From: Eledone cirrhosa
Lineage: Eukaryota
Assembly (NCBI GenBank): GCA_964016885.1
Contig: OZ024744.1
Coordinates: 60,450,001 to 60,514,000, forward strand
Direction: 5' to 3'
DNA: 64,000 nucleotides
Made by a program: the position numbers and the translations under genes. The notes below the pieces were generated by a model, which ran no database searches, was not told where the DNA came from, and worked only from the letters and a program-made list of their open reading frames with translations. Positions within the stretch are counted from its first letter, which is position 1, and each line of letters begins with the position of its first letter. This document shows positions 58,492 through 64,000 of the stretch, in pieces.

Positions 58492-58555
58492 TGAAAAGTA
58501 AACAGAAAACAACACTGCAGATGTACAGTATAATGAAGATATATATATATATGTC

Positions 58556-59352
58556 TCATTATTATCATTTTTATATCCGTTTTTCCATGCTTCCATGGGT
58601 TGGACGGGTCCTTGTGAGCTCAGCATCTCTCCAGTTGTCACGTTTCTTCATCATCTTCTCTTCCAGTCTTAGCGATTTGAGATCAGCTCTCACAGCCTCT
58701 GCTCAGATCTTTCTTGGTCATCCTCTACTGCAGTTTCTCTCCACTGGGATTTCCTGGCATCTCTTCACCCATCAGTCATTGTCCATGCATATCACATGTC
58801 CATACCAACGCAGTCATATCTCCTGCCCAGCGTCTCTCTCAGCTAATCCAAGCTCTGCCTTTCTCTCACATTTACATTGTACATCCAACGAAACATGGTT
58901 GCTTCATTTCTCTCCAGTCTATGCATGTTTTCTGCAGTCACAGTCCATGTTTCACTACCATGCAGCATTTCACTTCGCACACAGTCATCATACAGTCATC
59001 CTTTTGTATGTAGGGAGAAACCTTTTGTTGTCAACAGTAGGAATAGCTCTCTAAACCTCCTCCATCCTATCCTTATTCTACTATTATACTCTCGGCACAC
59101 CCTCCTCTGCTGCTAATTAGGTCACCTAGATAGAAGCTATCAACCACACCTATGGATCCTTCCTGTCACTGGAAAAGGTTTATATCATTAGCACTCTTCC
59201 TCTCAATATCTGTGCATCATCTGCATGCAAAGTTCTCCCTTCCTGTTAGTCTATTCGTCATCCCACTACATCTTTTGTGTACCCAAGATTTACATTGTGT
59301 ACATTGTATACAGTTTATGCCTACTCCTTTTCTGCATATTGAGCATGGCCAC
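58556..59352 (-). mobile_element. Old RTE 3' fragment (short-3'UTR type)
   Basis: Minus-strand remnants of WVHKRC, MLHGSETW, WYGHV. Confidence 0.85.
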
Positions 59353-59358
59353 ATAAAT

Positions 59359-61260
59359 ATCATCATCATCGTTTAACGTCTATCTTCCATGCTAGCATGA
59401 GTTTAGATGAGAATTGTCCCACCTGAGGCAAGGTTGGTCGGGTGGTCGTGTCTCGCTCGTATAGGAGTGCCTGGCAGGTTTTCTACGGCTGGATGCCCTT
59501 CCTAACACGACCACATTACAGCGTGGACTGTGTGTTTTTTTGTCATGACACCTACACGATCTCTTTAGTTTGGACTGGGTGTTGTGGTACCAACATAACT
59601 TTACAGAGAAAGGGTGAGGTTGGTGGGAGTGGGAGGATGGAGTAGGGGTAGTGGGTTGGAGGGGCTTACTGACTGTAGGCTAACTTTGCACGCAAGGAGG
59701 GTGGGTCTTTTGTATTAGTGCGTAGCGCCAAAGATCTCGGTCCAGAGACATTGTCTTAGAGAGGTGTAAGTGTGCAAGGTCAGAAAAATCATCAGATCGT
59801 CCCAGGGTTTTCTGGGTCTACCTACTCCGTAACTGCCATCAATTTTGATCGCCCTACACTTTTTCATACAGCTGTCATCTTTCATGCGAATCACGTGTCC
59901 ATACCAACATAGCCTTCTTTCAAGTAAACAACATCTGATCCCACTTATTTCTAATTTCTCATTTAGTTCATTTATGTTTTGCCGTTTGTGTATATTACTA
60001 TTACACATCCAACAGAGCATGCATGCTTCATTCCTTTCAAGTCTGTGCAGGTCCTCTGCACACAATGCCCATGTCTCACTGCCATGTAACATTGCTGTTC
60101 GTGTGCAAGCATCATACAATCTGCCTTTCATTTTTAGAGAGAAACCTTTTGTGGCCAACAGCGGTATAAACTCTTTGAACTTTTTCCATCCCATTCTAAC
60201 TTTGGCTACTGTACTTTCAGAGCACCCTCTTCCACTGCTGATTTTGTTACCCAGGTAATGGAAAGTGTCTAATATTTCTAGAGAACAATCTGGGCAGTAG
60301 AAGGAGCTAGTATCCTGTGGGCACATGCTCATCGGCCACATATAAAATCTACGTTCTTAGATACCCTACTTGTGATCCCACTACATCTTTTATGTGCCCA
60401 TAGTTTGCATTTGGGACATAGAATGGAATTTCTACCTACTCCTTTCCTACACAGTGAGCATGGCCATTTCCCAGAAGGCACCTGTGCCCTATTCTCCTTT
60501 CTACATCCTAGAACTTTAGTCTTAGACAAGTTAACTTTAAGGCCTTTTGATTCTATCGCCCTACACTTTTTCATACAGCTGATTCTAGGCCATGCTTCCA
60601 TGTTTGGAATTTCTTCTCTAGTTCAGTCATAGATTTAATTATGAGAGTTAGATCATCTGCATATAGAAGTTCCCATGGGCAGCCGATCTTGAACTCCTCT
60701 GTTATAGCCTGAAAGGCAATAATAAACAGGAGGGGCTAAGGACAAAGCCTTGATGAACACCAACTTTTACGCTAAACTCTTCACTATATTCATTATTAAT
60801 TCTAACCTCGCTGACTGTTTCTTTATACATGGCTTGTATAGCTCTCACAAGCCATTCATCTACTCCTAGTTTTCTAAGAGCCCACCAGATAATGGAGCGG
60901 GGGACTCTGTCAAAGGCTTTCTCCAAGTCAACAAAAGCTAAGTATAGGGGTTTACTTTTAGCTAGGTACTTCTTCTGTAGTTGTCGTACAAGGAAAAGGG
61001 CGTCTCTGGTACTTTTACCTGACACAAACCCAAACTGCATTTCATCTAGATCAATTCTATCTCTGATTAGTTGTGCTATAACTCTTTCTGTGACCTTCAT
61101 GACCTGGTCAACTAACTTAATGCCTCTATAGTTTCCCCTATCTAGGGCATCTCCTTTACCCTTGTAGCAGTTAACGATGATGCTGCTACGCCAGTCATTT
61201 GGTATGCCCCCATTCTGTATTACTTGGTTTACTATCCGGGTGACCATAGTATGTCCCATT
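59359..61260 (-). mobile_element. RTE LINE, 5'-truncated
   Basis: ORFs 59715-60341, 60329-60601, 60702-61259; (CAT)n tail at 59359-59370. Confidence 0.93.
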
Positions 61261-61484
61261 CCTATATAGATATAGGTGTGTGTGTGTATGTACTTATATG
61301 TATATCTGTGATGTTGACAGACAATTATGAGTTTGTATGTTCAGTTGCAGACTGTAGAAAAAGGGGAAGACCCAGGGTAGAGGAATGAGATGAATAGGTG
61401 TTTTTTAGTTCAAAAACACCCATCCACTTCACTCCTTCCCCCAGGGTCTTCTATTTCTACAGGCTCTCTGTCTCTGAACATACA

Positions 61485-61533
61485 ATCTTGTCTGATGATC
61501 CTGTTAGTACACAGGTGAAACTCCATAATAAAG
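61485..61533 (+). ncRNA. Degenerate hammerhead motif; partial second copy at 61937-61985
   Basis: UCUUGU-CUGAUGA-U-CCUGU-loop-ACAGG-U-GAAA-CUCCA-UA-AUAAAG. Confidence 0.55.
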
Positions 61534-63029
61534 AATAACAGCAGGAGGTCAAGATATATGTAAGTATGTTGGAGGGCCAGTTTAAAGAATGCTTCCTTAA
61601 CTATCAAATGACTTTTAGACATACTGACAAGCAATTGGCTGACAAGCCAAATATGGTCACTCAAAGATGAACATAATCAATGTTTTCCTCAGTGGTGGCA
61701 GTTGCAGGTCATCCAGACATTGGGTCATTTTCAAGACTCTCCCTTCCCCTCCTACATTCAGCTGCCCATTTTTTTTATGTGGCAACCCTGTCAGCATGAA
61801 TGCCCTTGGGGACTAAACCCCTTTTCTGCAGGTACTTGATAACATCATGATACCATAATTCTAGTTTTCGTTTCTCAACTTGACATATGAAAAATATTTG
61901 TTTATATATCCTTTAAATTTGTATAAAATATATTATGTCTTGTCTGATGATCCTGTGAGTACACATCGGAAACTCTAGAATAACAATGCTCATTACTTAG
62001 CCATACTAAGAATATTATATCATCATCATCACTTTTTAAACATCTATTTTCTATGACGTTGATAACATTCTTAGGTTGTCTAGTATAAATAATGCTTTAT
62101 CTAATTACAATAATGTATTAAACAGATCTCAAAATACTAACACTAATATCTAATTGCTATTGTAGGGTCTCTGACTCTTGCCCACTTAAGGGCAATTAGA
62201 AATAATGTTGTATATAAGTAAGAAGTCTCAACACAAAAAAAAACTCTTACAATTAAATATGAGTAACTGCAAATAAATTTATGAGCCATTTTTATTCTCA
62301 TTTACTTTTGGCATTTAAAAAGCAATAGCTTAAGATAATCTCTTAAGTGAGATATTATTAATTCTGCAAAATCTTATAATGGAGGTAGAACTAAATACTT
62401 AAAATTATTACTCAATTCAAAGAATGAAATATTCCCTTCCTGTCCACAAAATATTTCATTCTTTCTTTTACAAAAACTTTGACTTTGATTAATTATACTC
62501 ATGACACCCTTACTTAAGTATTTTTATTAACACTTCATACCCTACCTTTATGTTAAACTTGTAAAATCCCTGTTACCTGTCTTTGACTACTGTGTTTAAT
62601 GAACTCTAATTTTTAAATCACACACACATGTTCTAAAAGTTTCATTTTGCTCTCCTATTTATCATAATTGTAAGCCGATCAATGATATATTCCCAGCCTT
62701 ATTCTTCCAGTAGTTTATCTTCTCTGTACTGATATGGTTTAGTTATTGAAATTTCTTAATCATTTAACCTTTATTTTAATTATAGATATATTTATTGCCA
62801 TTTTATGCTTCCATAACTTTTAACTTCCTTTTGGTATATTCTAATAAGAATTTTATAATGTCACTTAGTAAGTGACATTATAATTCGCATTAGTATAAAT
62901 CTAGCTCTATTTTATTTTGTTATCTTTTATAATTATGATATATTATAGTTAGTAAATTATCTATAGTTACTGAACATAAATATTTTATCATTTATAAATT
63001 TTAATTACATTTTTAGGCTTCCATAATAT

Positions 63030-63180
63030 TTCATTGGCTGTGCTGCATCCGGGGTGAAAACTATACAGTTCATCCACTAGTTTGGACTCAACAATATCCC
63101 TACATCTCTTTGCCAGACACTTAGCATAGGCTTTACCAGGGAGGCTTAACAAAGACATCTCTCTATAATTGCCTTCCTTT
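63030..63180 (-). mobile_element. RTE-like RT fragment of a different family
   Basis: GNYREMSLLSLPGKAYAK on minus strand. Confidence 0.6.
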
Positions 63181-63277
63181 TTGAAAATTCAGTCCAGAAA
63201 AGAGCAAACCTTAAAAAATTTTGGAGTTGAAAAAAAAAGATTTTCAACAGGGAGAAGTGCTTAAAGACTTTATACTG

Positions 63278-63477
63278 NNNNNNNNNNNNNNNNNNNNNNN
63301 NNNNNNNNNNNNNNNNNNNNNNNNNNNNNNNNNNNNNNNNNNNNNNNNNNNNNNNNNNNNNNNNNNNNNNNNNNNNNNNNNNNNNNNNNNNNNNNNNNNN
63401 NNNNNNNNNNNNNNNNNNNNNNNNNNNNNNNNNNNNNNNNNNNNNNNNNNNNNNNNNNNNNNNNNNNNNNNNNNNNN
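63278..63477. other. Assembly gap (200 N)
   Basis: Run of N. Confidence 1.
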
Positions 63478-63639
63478 TGTTTTTATCCTGTGTCCTTTCA
63501 TCTAGGAATCTCAAACGCACAACCCGCAATCTAATATTTCTTAAAACTTCATAAATTTGTTCTGACAATCTCTCTTGTCTTTGGAGTAATGTTACTCAAT
63601 AGAGTACATAGCTCTGCGATCAGAGAGTCGATACAGTTA

Positions 63640-64000
63640 CTGTTGTTACTTCTCTAAATTTAGAGATCACAGCTCTGATACTATGGACATGTGATTAGAA
63701 TGTCTCAGGAAAGAATCACTGGACAGATTTTATGGCCAAAACCAAACTGCAGGAGATCAGGTCACCAGCACGACCACCTTGCAGTGTGGGCTGGGTGCTT
63801 TTTGTGTCACCAGTGTGACCACCTTACAAAATGGACTGGGTGCTTTGTCTCATGTTACCACCGTACAGGATGAACTAGTTGCTTTTGTTGTTGTCACCGG
63901 ATCAGCGTACTCAGTGGCCTTAGTGCTCTTTGTTGTGGGAGATCAAATGTAGACATATCCAGCTTTCATGCTTGTATGCATGGGTTGGGTAGGCAAGGTG
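63640..64000 (+). mobile_element. RTE 3' fragment followed by inverted 3'UTR-type repeats
   Basis: YGHVIRMSQERI; CAGTGTGGGCTGGGTGCTTTTTG is the reverse complement of the RTE 3' UTR unit. Confidence 0.55.

Noticed and set aside
63146-63568. ORFs spanning the N run
   Set aside because: Artefacts of the assembly gap

Overview
Eukaryotic, AT-rich, almost entirely repeat-derived animal DNA. The SINE and RTE families resemble those of coleoid cephalopods (Octopus-like; inference). No host protein-coding gene is recognisable, apart from one weak first-exon candidate near 20.8 kb. About 15 RTE-clade LINE copies are present, one with an uninterrupted APE-RT ORF (54099-57086, minus) carrying a PHD-type finger inside the RT. 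The window also holds a decayed CsRn1-type Gypsy LTR element (9852-14643), CRE-like RLE non-LTR fragments, L1/Tx1 fragments, a Helitron helicase relic, tRNA-derived SINEs with TSDs, piggyBac-, Tc1- and GG-ended MITEs, minisatellites, microsatellites and a 200-N gap. The most notable unannotated signal is a dispersed set of about 9 type I hammerhead-ribozyme motifs, best at 50837-50916 (minus), 6386-6642 (minus) and 31672-31742 (plus). They lie in short non-coding, often fold-back elements beside (TA)n tracts, as expected for Penelope-like pLTR or retrozyme-type elements, and most have a non-Watson-Crick pair at the base of stem II. All structures were read by eye; nothing was computed.
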